In this document: positions 50,978 to 64,000 of the stretch, in pieces
How the letters are laid out: every line of letters starts with the position of its first letter
Position numbering within the stretch: the first letter of the stretch is position 1
Origin: Oikopleura dioica
Lineage: Eukaryota; Animalia; Chordata
Length of the DNA stretch: 64,000 nucleotides
Direction: 5' to 3'
NCBI GenBank assembly: GCA_907165135.1
Contig: OU015567.1
Span: forward strand, 4,092,001-4,156,000
The notes under the pieces: model-generated
Told to the model about the DNA's origin: nothing
The model's database searches: none
Seen by the model: only the letters and a program-made list of their open reading frames with translations
Translations under genes and position numbers: made by a program

Positions 50978-51799
50978 CTTCTCTTTTTTTCTCTTTTTTT
51001 CTTTGTTTTGCTGTTTTTCGTTATTCTCTGAAAAAAATGAAATGATCCCTTTTTTGTTAACGAGACAAAAATGAACAGTAAGAGGCGTTCATTATGCAGG
51101 AGTTTACGACCCTAAGGCAAGCCCGGTCGGCGGCGGTTGATTGATCACTAGAGTAATACCGACTAAATTATCGATCCAGAGTGCATTAGCTCTTATTTTG
51201 CAATTTTCGATAGTGAACTACGACCTCTCTTACAAATACAGAAAAAGGATGATCACCAAAAATAAAATCAAGTTAGGTCCGAACACGAAATGGGTCCCTA
51301 AGGGACTCGGAGGAGGCGACGCTAGACTGCCAAGTTATTTTTCGACAATGCGACGCAAATCGGATTAAATTTTTAATTTTGACGGAATGAAACCAAAAAG
51401 AAATCATGGGTCTTGGAATTTTCTCGGAAGCAAAAGGCGTGTTCTCTTTAATTCAACTTTAAAATTGTAAGGAGGCTATCTTATTTTTAAATACCTTTAT
51501 TTTTTCTTTATCGAAAAAAGCTCTTATCTTGGGTCAAAAAATCTGTAGGTCGATTTATCTCGGAGAGTCTGTAACTTGTCCACGCAGTTGCATCGCGTCA
51601 TCTATCGCTTCTTTATTTTATCGATTTTTCGCTGCTCCACCCAGGCTACCGAAAACTCAACCCTGCTGCGCCCGACTGCAAATATGCTCTTTGTTCTTGT
51701 TGAAGTGATTTTTAATGCTTAACCTACCTGCTGATAAAGTGAAAAGATCAAGATTATGGAAAAATATAAATTGCCTTTATTGGAAAATTCACGAAGAAA

Positions 51800-53967
51800 T
51801 CAGTTTGTTTCTTCAGTTGTTTCTTGAATCTCAGACTGGTTTTCGGTCTTGTCGTCTTCCTTGATTTCAGTCTTGTCAGAGCTACTTCCAAGCTCATTGT
51901 CAGTCTCAACTGGGGCAACTTCGCTTGATCTACAAAAGCATTAGAAATGATAGAATAAAACCTTCTTACTCATAGAAGAAAAAGAAATAAACGCCTCCTG
52001 CGATTCCAAAAACGCCAAGAGGAACAAAAATAGAGGTGCAGATAATCATGACAAGGTTGTCTTTCTCACAAGTATAATCATCATAAACAATTGGTGATGT
52101 TTCCTCATCAAAATCCTTTCCAAAAATTTTCTCATCGAAAACTCCCTTATATTTGTCGTTTCCGCATCCATAGGAGCACTTATAAGGGAAATAATTATCA
52201 AAAATGTTATTTTAGGAAATACCCGTGTTTCACAACTGCATTCAAAGAAGCGCTCTTTAGTTTCATCCTTTTCGGCGGTGCATTCATCGGGGCATTTGAC
52301 TGTTTCATTGGGTTTTGGGGGCTCCAATTTTTCGCATGAGTGCGTATCTGTTGGTTCTTTTGCAATAACATCATATGAATTTTTTGTTGTGCTGAACGAC
52401 AAACATTGATATTCAAGAGATTTGTACTCTGGCGTTTGGTCTGTTTCCTCATCACTTAAAACTGAAGTTTGTTTCTCGAGAACTAAATAATTGTTAGTCA
52501 CGATCAAAAATCTTATATCTACCATAATGATTGTTTCCGCAATGAGATTTTGCTATTTCATTTAAATCATCATTGCAAATACAATTTCCATTTTCACATT
52601 TATTATCTTCAGTGCATCCTTCGCCAACAATATCAGAGTAAGAACCTTGAGCTTCTGCTAATTTAAAATATTCCGAATCCGATTTTGTCTCGTCTTTGAC
52701 AATGGTAAATTCATCAAAGCACTGCCAATATTGGGCAACAAACTCGCCACCAGTATTTTTGCATTCTTTAACTTCGAAGAGCCGATCAAAGCAGGTTTTT
52801 GTGCATGTATCCTCAAAAAAATATTTTATCTTGTTATAATAAAAATTTTACCATTTCCTTCTCAACAGGGAGATTTTTGATCAGACATTTTTCTCCTGCT
52901 TTAAGACTTCTTCTTGCTTCAGTTTCCCACTTTGCTCCGGGAATCGTCAGACATTCATCAGAATCCGCAACAGCACATTCACACTGATATGTGACGATTT
53001 CATTATTAGTTTTCTTATCACATGTATGAGTTCTTGCACCACATGGAAGCTGGGCGATTTTCTCTCTTTCACAAAATCCATATCCATCATTTGAAACTTT
53101 GCAATTGTCTTGCTTATAATCGAGAATTGGTTTACCCTACAAAGAGAATAATAAAATTTAGATCATTAAACACGTCTTAACCTCGTAACAAGTATTCTTG
53201 ACACATTGCTCAATATCTGCACATTCATTTGTGTATGAGGCTGCTGAGCATGTCATTGTTGCAACTTTCCCCGACGGATCCGTGCAAGAGCATCCTGAGC
53301 TTGTAAAACCGCCTGTGCATCCAAATTCATCCAAAGCGTCTCCATCTCCAGTTTTCGTGTATGTATTTACTATTGAAGATCCGTCGAAAGTCAAGGTATA
53401 CTCTTCGCCCGATTTATATCCGCAAGAAGGCGTCTGGCATGTGTGTGAAATCTGATTGGTGGTATTGCTATCGATGATTTTTTTGTTGCAGCCATTAAAA
53501 GGGGCATCGAAGCAAAAAATGGTGTCTGTGACAGTTTCAGCCGCATCGATTGGGTTTTGATGAGAATTTGGACAGGAAAATTCAGAAAGTAATTTTCCGG
53601 AGCATTCATAAACACAAGATGTGATAAGATCAGCATCATCAGCTTTACCATCAGAACAGCCAAAAGGAGAAGCTGGACAAGAAGAAATTGTCACAGCATT
53701 TTCGACAGTACAAGTTATCTCTTCAATAGCAGTATATGGATTTCCATCACTACCATCTGGATGAGCAACGACACAGCCGCTAAAAATGGTTTCGGGCGTT
53801 TCTGTTTCTGAAGCAGACAAAATCTCCTCGCATGTCTTTTCCTCGAAAGTTCCAAGATTCAGGTCTCCGAATTTCCCATAAGTTTCGCTAACACATTTGA
53901 ATGTTTCGGTAAAGGTTGCAGAGCCCTGAACGCATGCCAGAAGCCCGAAAAAATTTAATCGTCTCAT
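51800..53967 (-). CDS. Cys-rich type I membrane protein, unknown family
   Basis: Signal peptide MRRLNFFGLLACVQG, long Cys/Thr/acidic ectodomain, TM IICTSIFVPLGVFGIAGGVYFFFY, acidic tail ending EETN stop. Confidence 0.65.
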
Positions 53968-54123
53968 TTTCAAAAAGGCTTTCTGAGAGTAAGAAATGGA
54001 ATTGAAAAATTACAAGTTTGTTGCGCCAATTAAACAAATAGGGCTCACTTCATGATACAGACGTCAATTTATTTCTTGAAAACTTGCTTTGTAATAAGAT
54101 TGAAAACGATGTCGAAAATTTTT

Positions 54124-57100
54124 TTACAGAAAACATGAATTTCTTTTCAAAATGTAATCATTGTTCCAAACATGGTCATTTTTGATTGCGCACTCTCTAG
54201 TACTCTTCCGGTACTCTTCAATCAAATTGTTTTGGCAGCTCCATAAGCAACATTCGCCAATTTTTGTGTCTCCGTCAAATAGTTGAAGCCTTAAGATAAA
54301 AAGAGAAGCAATTTATATTTGATACCTAGCTCCATTAACATCATCGCTTATTGACTCGTAGCATCTTTTTTGAGTGTCATCATTATAGAACAACGATTGT
54401 TTCTGGCAAATAAATTTGTTCATATCCTTTATCGTTGACCAAATATCAGTGAAAGAATCCGTAATTGTTTCATCAGAAGATTTGCCAGAAAATTCAGCTG
54501 GTGCGGCATGTTTTTCAATTTTGATCGTGTCTTGCAGAATTGAAAATATTTACAAGCTAAGATTTAGTTCTAAGTGATTTCCATTCTTTCCAAAAAATTC
54601 ATGTTCTGCAAGTTTTAACAATGAAGCATCTGTTGCTGCCACCATAATCGGAAAACGTGCATCAGAATTACCGATTGATCGCATCACATAACTATCTGGA
54701 CTTGTATCTTGTAGATGAATTATCTTGACACTTGGGCTTCTACGTTTTTCTTCTGCATAGATATCTTTTATGAAGGAGATTGTTTGCTCAAATGTAGGAG
54801 TTGTTCCTTTGCTCTCGGTGATGTGAGGATTGAGAATTGAGAGCTTGATTATTTCTTAAAAAGCTTGACATTTTCTCAAACAAGAAAGCGGACAAATAAT
54901 AAAGATCTTTACCTAAAGCATCTTCCAGTTTAGTTTTATCAGGATCGTTGACTCCAAAATTGATCTTTGCAGTGTCGAATAACTTTGTCAATTTCATCGA
55001 TCTTCTTGGCTTACTTAGTCCATAGATTTGAATTCTGCTTCGAAGTAGCTTGTTGTCAATGTTATTTGCGTCCCATTTGAATTCAAAGGCTCGCAGCGCT
55101 TCTTGAATCAGAACTGTGTAGTGGCTCAGGTACAAAGATGTCGATTGCTGAGAAATGTCGATGGTAAAGATCAGATTTAGATCTTCTTTCATCGTGCAAG
55201 TATGCTGGGTAATCTTTATTTCTTCGTTTGAGCCAGATTTGACACCAGGAGATCGACAAATATCCTCAGTGATCTTTTTCGATAGTTGGTCGTGGAAATC
55301 GTCCCCAACAATCAGCATTATTTTACCAAAATATGCCCTGAGAGAGAAATGAATAATTTATCAAACAAGGAGGAAGATTTAAAATATTTTGGTATCCTTA
55401 GGCAAGAAAGTCTTATTTCGTAACTACGGGAGAAAACTTTCCTACAGTATTTGCCGATAGCGATTCCTATCGCCGAATTTGTTTAATGAACTTGCCTGTT
55501 GTTTGTTTGTCCGTTCAAAATACTGCTTCGTCGATCGCCCGTTTCTATGATTACTGTAAATACATCATCGCCAGACGACCTTCCGAGCGTTCTTTCGCCA
55601 TTTCCCGTATTTTCTCGTTCTCCGCTGTTCAGCTTTTGGAAACCCTCTTGTGTCGTTAGCAAATAATAAACAGGCTTGAGCGTTGAATCCGGATCAGAAG
55701 TCATTCTTGCTGTTTTAACGGTTGACTCAAATGAGAAAGCCGCAGCGGCTCGATTCTGGTAAAGAGCGGAATTTCGAATTTTCTTTCGCGCAAAGAGGAT
55801 TTTTTGTAGAACTTCTTCGGATGTTTTCAGATTCTTGAAGCTAAGATCTCGAGAATCTTCACCTCCAACATATCCTTTTAAAATAATTAATGATTGAGAA
55901 TTCTGATAAATCTTACTCAGGCTGATAGCTGAAAAAGTAGAGCTTTCGATAATCTGCATCACCGACTCCTCCAAATGAACTCTCTCATCCACATCCACTC
56001 CCGCGTCGATATAGAAGTTCAAATCCACCAGGTCGTTGCACTTTTTACCCTTGACGACATCAACATCTGGCGATTTGAAATCATCTTCTTTGCAAATAAC
56101 CTTCTCCAAATTATCATAAAATGCATTTTTATCCTCTGAGAAGAAGTAGTTTTCGACATAAGGAGACATCACTTTTGTCCAGCGAGGCTCTTCCGCTGCT
56201 GTTTTTATGATTGAGATACTGTACTCAGGAGCTTCGGGGAGCATTTCGTCGAGATTTCCAATGTCATCTTCGAAACTCTGCCAGTTCAAGTCGAGCTTGG
56301 ACTCGTCGATCAGGAAAATGACCTGGAATCCGTTTGGTTTGTCAAGCATTTGATTATACTCGCTTTCGGACTGCTCGACGCACATATTGAGTGAGTCACC
56401 CTCGGCGCTTGCGCTAGAACTGGCGTCGTAGGAATCGTAAGACCCGTAGTCATCATAGACACTACGACGTTTTCGATAATAGTTGTACTGCCCCTCACCA
56501 TAACCATACTCTTGATCAACACTGTCATCTTTATTCAGGAAGTCGATACTGTACTATCAAGCAAATACTGAATTCCCTTGACAGTTGCTCCATCAAAATG
56601 ATAATTGATTGGCAGGTTTTGATACCGCGTAAACAGTTATCGAATCCCGTTCCTATGCCAGAATCGTTTTCTATTCCGCAACCACCGTAACTACCGAATT
56701 CGTTCTTGAAAGACTCGTAGCCGCCGAGTATCGACAGCGTGTTGAAATATTCTGACCAGATAAAATCAACTGGATCTGGGTACAAGTGCTCAAAATACTG
56801 GAGATTTTGGAAGAAATTGTCGCGGTCATTGTTGAAAAGAATGTATTTTTCGGTATCTTTTATGCCGACGAGGGTGATTTGGGCTTTTTTGGGACAAGAA
56901 ATTTCCTCAATATTTTCTGAAAATGAATATTTTCGTCCATTCCTGAAGGTTTCAACAAACAAAGAGAATCGGAAATAATGTTCACGAAATCCTTGTTCAA
57001 CTTCACGACAAAAATGACATTATCGGACTTTTTCTTCTGATCACATTGAATGATTTTTCTGTCCTCACAATAATCCTGAAGAGTTTTACTGCCTGCTTTG

Positions 57101-59561
57101 AAAGTAGATGTCGTCGTAGTCGGAGCCGTTGTCGTCGTAGTCGTTGTTGTTGTCGTTGTAGTGCGGCAAGTACGTAGATTTGAGAGGTAGTGTTGATAAG
57201 ATTCTGGACTTTCTAGAATTCCGATATCATTCAGTTCCAGAAGCGACTTGATTTTGTGAACATCATCAGAACATTGTGACTCTAGAAAGGTATTTTATAC
57301 AAGAGATTTTTGATGCTATCCATACCAACAATAGGCAAATGGTTGATATTGAACTTCTTGTTGGGTACAAAAATCGTGAGTTCATCCGGCTGAAGCGCTC
57401 TATCATCGACCTTGAATTTGGGATTTGAAATCTGTCAGAAGTGCACGTCAAATATTGGCACCTCATATTTTCGTTTCAAATCCCTGGCTTAACGAACTCG
57501 GAGTCAATGTCTCCAATTGTGATCACGTACTTCATATCTTCAGGTTTCTCCGGCTGGGTATTTCCAAATCCTTCAGCTTCGACCTTTTTCAAAACCTCAT
57601 TCAAGTCAATTGGCTCTTTTTCCAACTCCTTGCTGATTCCCTTTTTGAGCTTGTTCATCGAAAGATAGTCCGTGTATTTTCCATCTTTTTGGAAAAGACG
57701 AACGACTCGTTGTTCCTTTTCGTTTTCAATTTGAACTTTTTTGGCGAATCTTGCGATGTCTTTTGCTGATCGAGTAACTCTGCTTTCTGGAACCTTTCTT
57801 TGGCTAAGCAGAAGGAGTGGGAAATACAGGACTTCTGTGAATATCAAAGGCAATTCCTACAAAAAGTCGACCTTGCTGAACCCTTTCCTGAGCGCCAATA
57901 ATCAAGTCAATCGTTGAAATGTCCTTCCTGATGTCTTCAATGCTCGCGCCGAGGTTAAAGCAAACAGCCTCTTGAATATGATTCAAGTTTTCGGCGGAAG
58001 GAGATAGCGAGTCAAGTCTGACAACACCGTCAACAGCAGAATGAAACGCTTGAAGGTCCTTGTCGAAGCTTATTCTGTATTCGTATAGCGACTTCTCCAT
58101 AATAACGATTCCTATCGTCTAATAAGTAGGATATTTGGAGACAACATAGGTAAAAAGAACGAATATCGTCAATTCTATCTTTCAAAGTCAATGAATCCTT
58201 GCCTTGACTTTTGGTTTCTGGGCGTAAACATTCCTCACGTAGGAGTACCTACGGTCCGGCTGACCTTGTGCGCTTCTCGCTAGAGATAAATCTTAAAATT
58301 CATAAGTCCTTATTTTTATGACCTCTTACCGTAGTGAAACATGAATGCAATTTTTGGGACAAGCGGGCTAGGTGGATCATTTGAGTCAGGACAGCTCGCC
58401 AGCTCAGCTGCTCGAAAAGCGCGCTCGTAAATGTCTCGTCTTTCATTTGTCAAAGCCGATTTTGATTTTTGCAGGATTCGATCAGAGTTGAAATACCAAA
58501 ACGGCTTGTCGACGAATTCCGTCTTTTTCCACTTCTTAGGGTTCGAGTGTCCTTCCATCACATGACCAGTGCGGACATAATTCATGTCTTTGAGAGCCTT
58601 TGTGATCAGTTTTTGCTCGTCCTCGATTGTGAGAAAAGTATTCGCTTTTTGAGGATTGTCGTAGTCGACCAAAACTTCGAAAGCGTCGGAGCACTTTGCC
58701 TCGGATTTCCGAACAGCGCGGATTTCTTTTGGCTTTGGTGGTGGAGTCAGGACTGGGTAGAGCTCTTCAGCAGAGGATATTTCGCAAAGTCGTTGCTAGA
58801 GGAATTTATGATTTGTTTATTTTCGCCTCTGCTTTACCTTGATCATATCTTTGACTGTATAAAGACGCTGCCAATTTGTCGGTTGGAAAACAAGGCAATG
58901 ATTTTCAGAAAGCTTCAGAAGCTGGCTTGGCGAAAACTCTTCCGGAGTAACTGAAATGACGAAAGGAATGTCCTCTGGATTTGCATTTTCGGACCAAAAG
59001 CTTGGGGTCAGCTGATCGCCCTTATCAGCAAGTCGATGACCGGAATGAAAAACGATAGCTACTTTTTTGTTTTCTTTGTTTTGGTCAAGAATTATCAGCT
59101 TGAAAAATGAAAACAAGGACTCTATCCAAATTTGACCTTTAGCCTGGTTTACTTCCATAGAAAGCTCGCTCAAACAAATTCAGTTTTTGATCTGTCATCG
59201 AGCTAACTGGAATCGAACCGCCGGGAGTGAGCTGTACTCTGTCGATGAGTCCTTTTAAATTCTTCGCGCCTCTAGAAAATCCTCGCTTTTCGGAAAGACT
59301 CTGTCGATAGTGAAAGGGAAAAATCTTCTGTTGATGAAAATTTCTCCTGCTATTTGACCCTGGCATCCAGTCGACCAGCTTTTTTATTAATTTCTGTTGA
59401 TTTCTAAGCGCTTCTCTGTTGTCATGACCAGTGTCGAGCATATATACGATGTCCATTTTGAACTGATTTCCGCAAAAACGAAAGTCATCTTTTGAGTAAG
59501 TACTGTATCTCGCATTTGATCCTCCATAGAACAACAAGAATAAACTATTAAAATGCTTCAT
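54124..59561 (-). CDS. Large secreted protein with several degenerate vWA-like domains, Thr-rich linker and furin site; paralogue 1
   Basis: Signal MKHFNSLFLLFYGGSNA, DIVYMLD, KVAIVFHSG, VIFLIDES, LIFTIDIS, TTTT run near 57110-57170, RKRR near 56470. GC-AG intron 55338-55495 and GA-AG intron 54531-54581. Apparent 1-nt deletion near 57490. Confidence 0.65.
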
Positions 59562-59854
59562 ATTTTTTCTTTCTCTATTTGAAGATTCTGCCGAGAGCGA
59601 TTTTAAAGGGGATGAATTGATCAAACAAATAATTCGTCTTGACTTTGAATCTCAGGATGTCTATCTTCTGAGAATCTTGACTGATGAGTCATCAGTGATG
59701 ACGGGGGTCTTTGACATAAGCGGCAGTCTCCAAAGCTCGACAAAAATGGACAAATGATAATATTGAATGCTTTTTAATCGTCTTTCTTTTTGTGTATTGA
59801 GAATCAATTTATTCAGTCAGGACTTGAACTTTGTCAGCGAAGCACTCAGGTAAA

Positions 59855-62812
59855 TTAAAGTAAAAAGCAAGAAGCACTATTCAGTTCAGATTCTTTCAAT
59901 TGCAAGCATTCTACAGAGGGGACGCGAAACTCGCTGATTTGGTTGTCTTTGCAGCTCCAAACGCAACAATCGCCCACCATTTTCATTCCTTCAATCAGTC
60001 CAAACCTGAAAATAAAATTGATGAAGTCATCAAAAAGCATAGAAAACCTAGCTTTGGAAGTACCGATTGGCTCATAGCATCTTTGGAGACTTTTTTGATT
60101 GTAAGAAACTGGTTGGTCCTCGCAAATAAATTCATTGATATCTTTGATTGTCGTCCAGATATTATCAAAAATGTCAGTTAGATGTGAAGTTTCACATTTG
60201 GGCGTATTTTTGATAATGATCGAAGTTTCTTAAAATTGAGATAAAACAGTCTGATCCGCTTGACAAAAATTTTGTCGTTTATGTTTTATCCCTTCCGAAG
60301 TCCTCTTTTTCCGCCAACTTTCTGAATTCCATGTCCGACGAAGCAACAAGAATGGGCAAGCTAGCTTTTGGCTTTCCCTTTGCCCTCGGCACAAGTGTAT
60401 CTGGAGATGTATCCTGCAGGTGAACAATTTTAATGTTCGGGTAGTTCCTCTTTTCCGAAGCGTAAAGTGTCTTCAAGAATGAAATGGTTTCGTTAAATTC
60501 AGGGGTCGGTCCTTTCAAATCGCTTGAATCAGGATTCGTGACGCGTACATTTATCGTTTCTTTATAATTGCTCAAATAAAACATTCTTTTCTGCCTTTTT
60601 TTTGATTAATTTTGAGCAATTTCCTAGGGCTAGCTGTAAAGTGGTCTTATTTTGATCGCAAACCGCAAAATCCACCCCCGTTGGACTTCTTTCTTCGTCG
60701 TAAAAAGTATCAAACAGCAATTTTTTCTCCAGTACGCTTCTTGGTTTGTTCACTCCAAAAACTCGCAGTCGACTTTTCAACTGTTTGTTGTCAGGATTAT
60801 TTGGATGCCATTTGAACTCGAAGGCGCGGAAGACTTCTTGAATGATGGCAGTGTAATGGCTTTTGTAGTAGAGAGACGATTGTCGAGAAAGATCGATAGT
60901 GAAGATCAGATTGAGGTTTTCCTTGAAAGAGCATGTATGATGCGGTTCTTCGTAGTTGTCGTCATTGCAAGATCGAGAGTTACAGTACTCGTTGTAGATT
61001 TTTTCTGAGATTTTTCGATTGATGTGCTCGCCGCCGATGATTGCCATGTTTCTTAATAAAATTAGTACGACTCTATTTTTTTGACTTACGGATCACTGTT
61101 GCTGATAAGACTCCTCATCTCCGGCTTAAGGTCTTCATCAATAATGAATGTACGGCACGTCAATACTGTCGAGTTGCAGTTCATCAAAGCATCTTCATCA
61201 CCAAAAGTTCTCTGAGCAACCCTGCATTTAGCAATTTCTTCGAATCGTTCCCCATTTGTCAAGAAAAATACGGAGGGTTTGATTGCGGCATTCGGATCTG
61301 AGGTCATTTCGAGTAATTGGTATGAGGATTTTAATTGGCTTTTGAGAGCGTTGCAGTCCTTGAAAAGTCGCGTCTGTAATTTTTCGCGAGCATGGAGAAT
61401 TGAATCGATAACATCTTGAGTTGAATTGAGATTTTGAAGTGAAATTCATTCGATTCCCCGCCAATATACTCTTTGAAATACTCGATTATGGTTTTTTTAA
61501 AGTTCATACTCAAATTGATCTTCTCAAAAGTCGAGCTTTCCACAATCTGCATCGCTGCTTCTTCCAAAATCGTCCGTTTTTCTAGCTCCACTCCACCATC
61601 AACTAAGATGTTCAAGTTCTCCCTCGTGTTGCACTTTTTGTTCTTCACCAAATTGACATCTGGCGATCGGAATTTCTTCGCTTTGCAAAGTGATTTTTCC
61701 AAGTTTTCAAAATCCACTTTTTCTTCAGAAACATGATAGTTTTCAACTTCTTTTCCAACATTTTGCCACCACCAAGGTTCTTCTGAAGACGTTTTGATGA
61801 TAGACGTTATGTAATTGGGCAGATTTGGGTTCAGAGATATTTCCTCTTTGATCTCTTTCTTGAAGCTTTTCCAATTTGGGTCAAGTTTTGTCTCGTCGAT
61901 TAAGTAGACAAAATGGAAGTGATCGCTTTGGTTGAGGAATCTGCCATATTCTTCTTCTGTCGCAACATATTCGCAGGTCGATTTGTCCATTTCAGAGGAA
62001 GAATCGAAATTAGCATAGTAACTTGACTCTACGCTTCTTCGTTTTCTCGATTCTTCCGGGCTCTTTTTGAAGGATTCAACAAAAGATTGGTAGTAGGAGG
62101 TTATCATTCGTGCTGCCCCTAACCCTAGACCTAACCAAAGGGGCTACGCCCCCGGGACCCCCTCACCTCAGGCCTGAGCCAGGGGGCTTCGCTCCTCTGA
62201 CCCCTGTTTAGAGTTCCCAGTCCCTAACCCTAACCACTAGCCCAGATTCTGGAGATCTTGAATGGCTCAAATCAAAGGGTCGAATGATAATCCCTCTCTA
62301 CGATAAGATTCGTCCTTTCCTGATAATATGAGTCCGCCAATAAATCTGAGTAACCGTATTCTCCATAAGGATCATAATCTGGAAGACCCCCTCTCACATC
62401 GCATCCGTCAGTAAAACCAAACTGGTTATCAAAACTTTCTTGTCCGTCAAGAATATAAATCGTGCTGAAGAAATCGTACCACTGAAAACTCGACGGATCG
62501 GGATAAAAACTGTCAAAGAACTGAAGAGAATCGAAGAAATCATTCCTTTTTGATTGAAAATAACATCTTTTTCATAATTATTTGCTCTTCTGTTAGACCA
62601 ATCAAGGTTATTTTTGCTTTTTCTGGTCTTTATAAAGCAGTTTATGCTTATGGTAAAGGGGTAAAGACCGTTCCTTCGGGATCCAATAAGCAAAGTCCAT
62701 CTTTTATAATTTCGGAAAAATCATCATTCATTTTTGCCACAAAAATGATATTTCCCGATTTTAAGTCTTGTTTGCACTTTACAATTTTTCGTTGATAACA
62801 ATACTCGTCCAG
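59855..62812 (-). CDS. Tandem paralogue 2 of the vWA-like protein; 5' part missing, several frameshifts, possibly a pseudogene
   Basis: Collinear homology with 54124-57100 (FVYLIDETKLDPNW vs VIFLIDESKLDLNW, LIFTIDLS vs LIFTIDIS, WTTIKDINEFIC vs WSTIKDMNKFIC, GDCCVWSC vs GECCLWSC). Frameshifts near 61432 and 62545-62600. Confidence 0.6.
62116..62236. repeat. 120-bp cassette with telomere-like CCCTAA ends and two GC-rich hairpins
   Basis: ccctaaccctagacctaacc ... ggggctacgccccc ... gggggcttcgctcct ... ccctaaccctaacc, embedded in AT-rich coding-like sequence. Confidence 0.65.
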
Positions 62813-62820
62813 GGATTGAT

Positions 62821-64000
62821 GACTAAGTTCGTGGGGACTAGGTTCGTGGGACTAGGTTCGTAGGTGGTTATGCCAAAGTATGCAAGATGGGGTATGGTTT
62901 CCTTTCTATAAGGAACAATGTGGTGCGACTAGGTTCGTGGGACTAGGTTCGTAGGGGTGCTAGGTTCGTGGGTTTTGAAATTAGAGATTTTTCTATAAGT
63001 ATTATAAGTATTATAAAAATTATAATTTTTTTTTATAAGGAACAATTGAGTGCGACTAGGTTCGTGGGACTAGGTTCGTGGGTTTTGAAATTTTTTTTTA
63101 TAAGGAACAATTAAGTGCGACTAGGTTCGTGGGACTAGGTTCGTGAGTTTTGAAATTTTTTTATAAGGAACAATTGAGTGCGACTAGGTTCGTGGGCTAG
63201 GTTCGTGGGTTTTGAAATTATTTTTATAAGGAAAAGGAGGGTGCGACTAGGTTCGTAAGACTAGGTTCGTGGGTTTTGAAATTTTTATAAGGAAAAGGGG
63301 GTGCGACTAGGTTCGTGGGACTAGGTTCGTGAAGACTAGGTTCGTGAAGGTTAGGTTCGTGGGACTAGGTTCGTGGGACTAGGTTCGTGAAGATAAGGTT
63401 CGTGAAGACTAGGTTCGTGAGACTAGGTTCGTGGGACTAGGTTCGTGGGACTAGGTTCGTGGGTTGTAAAATTGGGTAAAGTTGAATGGTAAAAATGACT
63501 TTCCCACCCCCCAACCCCCAAAATAGGCCGCTAGGCTCTTTAACTGAGTTTCTATGTTAGCGCTGAATAACAATGGTTGCCTTAGAATAGAAACCCACGA
63601 ACCTAGTCCCACGAACCTAGTCGCAACCCATTTTTCCTTATAAAAAATTTTAAAAGCCACGAACCTAGTCCCACGAACCTAGTCGCACCCCATTTTCCTT
63701 ATAAAAAAAATTTTAAAAGCCACGAACCTAGTCCCACGAACCTAGTCGCACCTCCCTTTTCCTTATAAAAATAATTTCAAAACCCACGAACCTAGTCTCA
63801 CGAACCTAGTCGCACCCTCCTCTTCCTTATAAAAATAATTTCAAAACCCACGAACCTAGTCCCACGAACCTAGTCGCACATAATTTCTCCTTATAGAATA
63901 AAAATAATTACCAATTAAAAACCCACGAACCTAGTCCCACGAACCTAGTCGCACATATTTTTTCCTTATAGAATAAAAATTCTAACCAATCAAAAACCCC
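62821..64000. mobile_element. Foldback-type element with modular TIRs built from ACTAGGTTCGTGGG repeats; runs off the right edge
   Basis: Left arm 62821-63470 has 14-bp units and higher-order units of about 57-60 bp. The right arm from 63591 is the reverse complement (CCCACGAACCTAGT). Unique spacer of about 120 bp. Confidence 0.8.

Noticed and set aside
55338-55495. 158-nt GC-AG intron as another family A introner
   Set aside because: No recognisable family TIR, and paralogue 2 has a short GT-AG intron at about the same position, so the intron is probably older.
62116-62236. True telomere or chromosome end
   Set aside because: Only a few imperfect CCCTAA units, with homologous gene sequence continuing on both sides.
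62821-64000. CRISPR-like repeat-spacer appearance
   Set aside because: The spacers are themselves near-identical, the array is mirrored, the context is eukaryotic and there are no cas genes.

Overview
Gene-dense, AT-rich eukaryotic DNA with very short introns (about 36-60 nt), several GA-AG and GC-AG introns, and closely spaced co-directional genes. This signature points to a larvacean tunicate such as Oikopleura (inference). Genes in order: partial C-type lectin, ZP-like protein, ABCB1/P-glycoprotein, S100-like protein, two orphan single-pass membrane paralogues, G-protein gamma subunit, MARVEL-like protein, CYP3-clan P450, hnRNP A/B-D-like protein, Sec61 alpha, an O-fucosyltransferase-family gene, two aquaglyceroporin copies in a near-identical 4.25-kb tandem duplication, an L1-family adhesion molecule, a Cys-rich type I membrane protein and two tandem paralogues of a large secreted vWA-like protein. 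Non-autonomous palindromic transposons are abundant. The main lead is a 150-240 bp MITE family whose copy in the P450 gene makes up almost an entire GC-AG intron, with the element end supplying the splice donor (introner-like behaviour). Other leads are a four-layer transposon nest with readable target-site duplications inside one intron, a duplication breakpoint that swaps a protein tail for MITE-derived residues, and a telomere-repeat-bounded cassette that could be spliced. Several 1-nt frameshifts, mostly in base runs, are probably consensus errors. All exon calls were made by hand.
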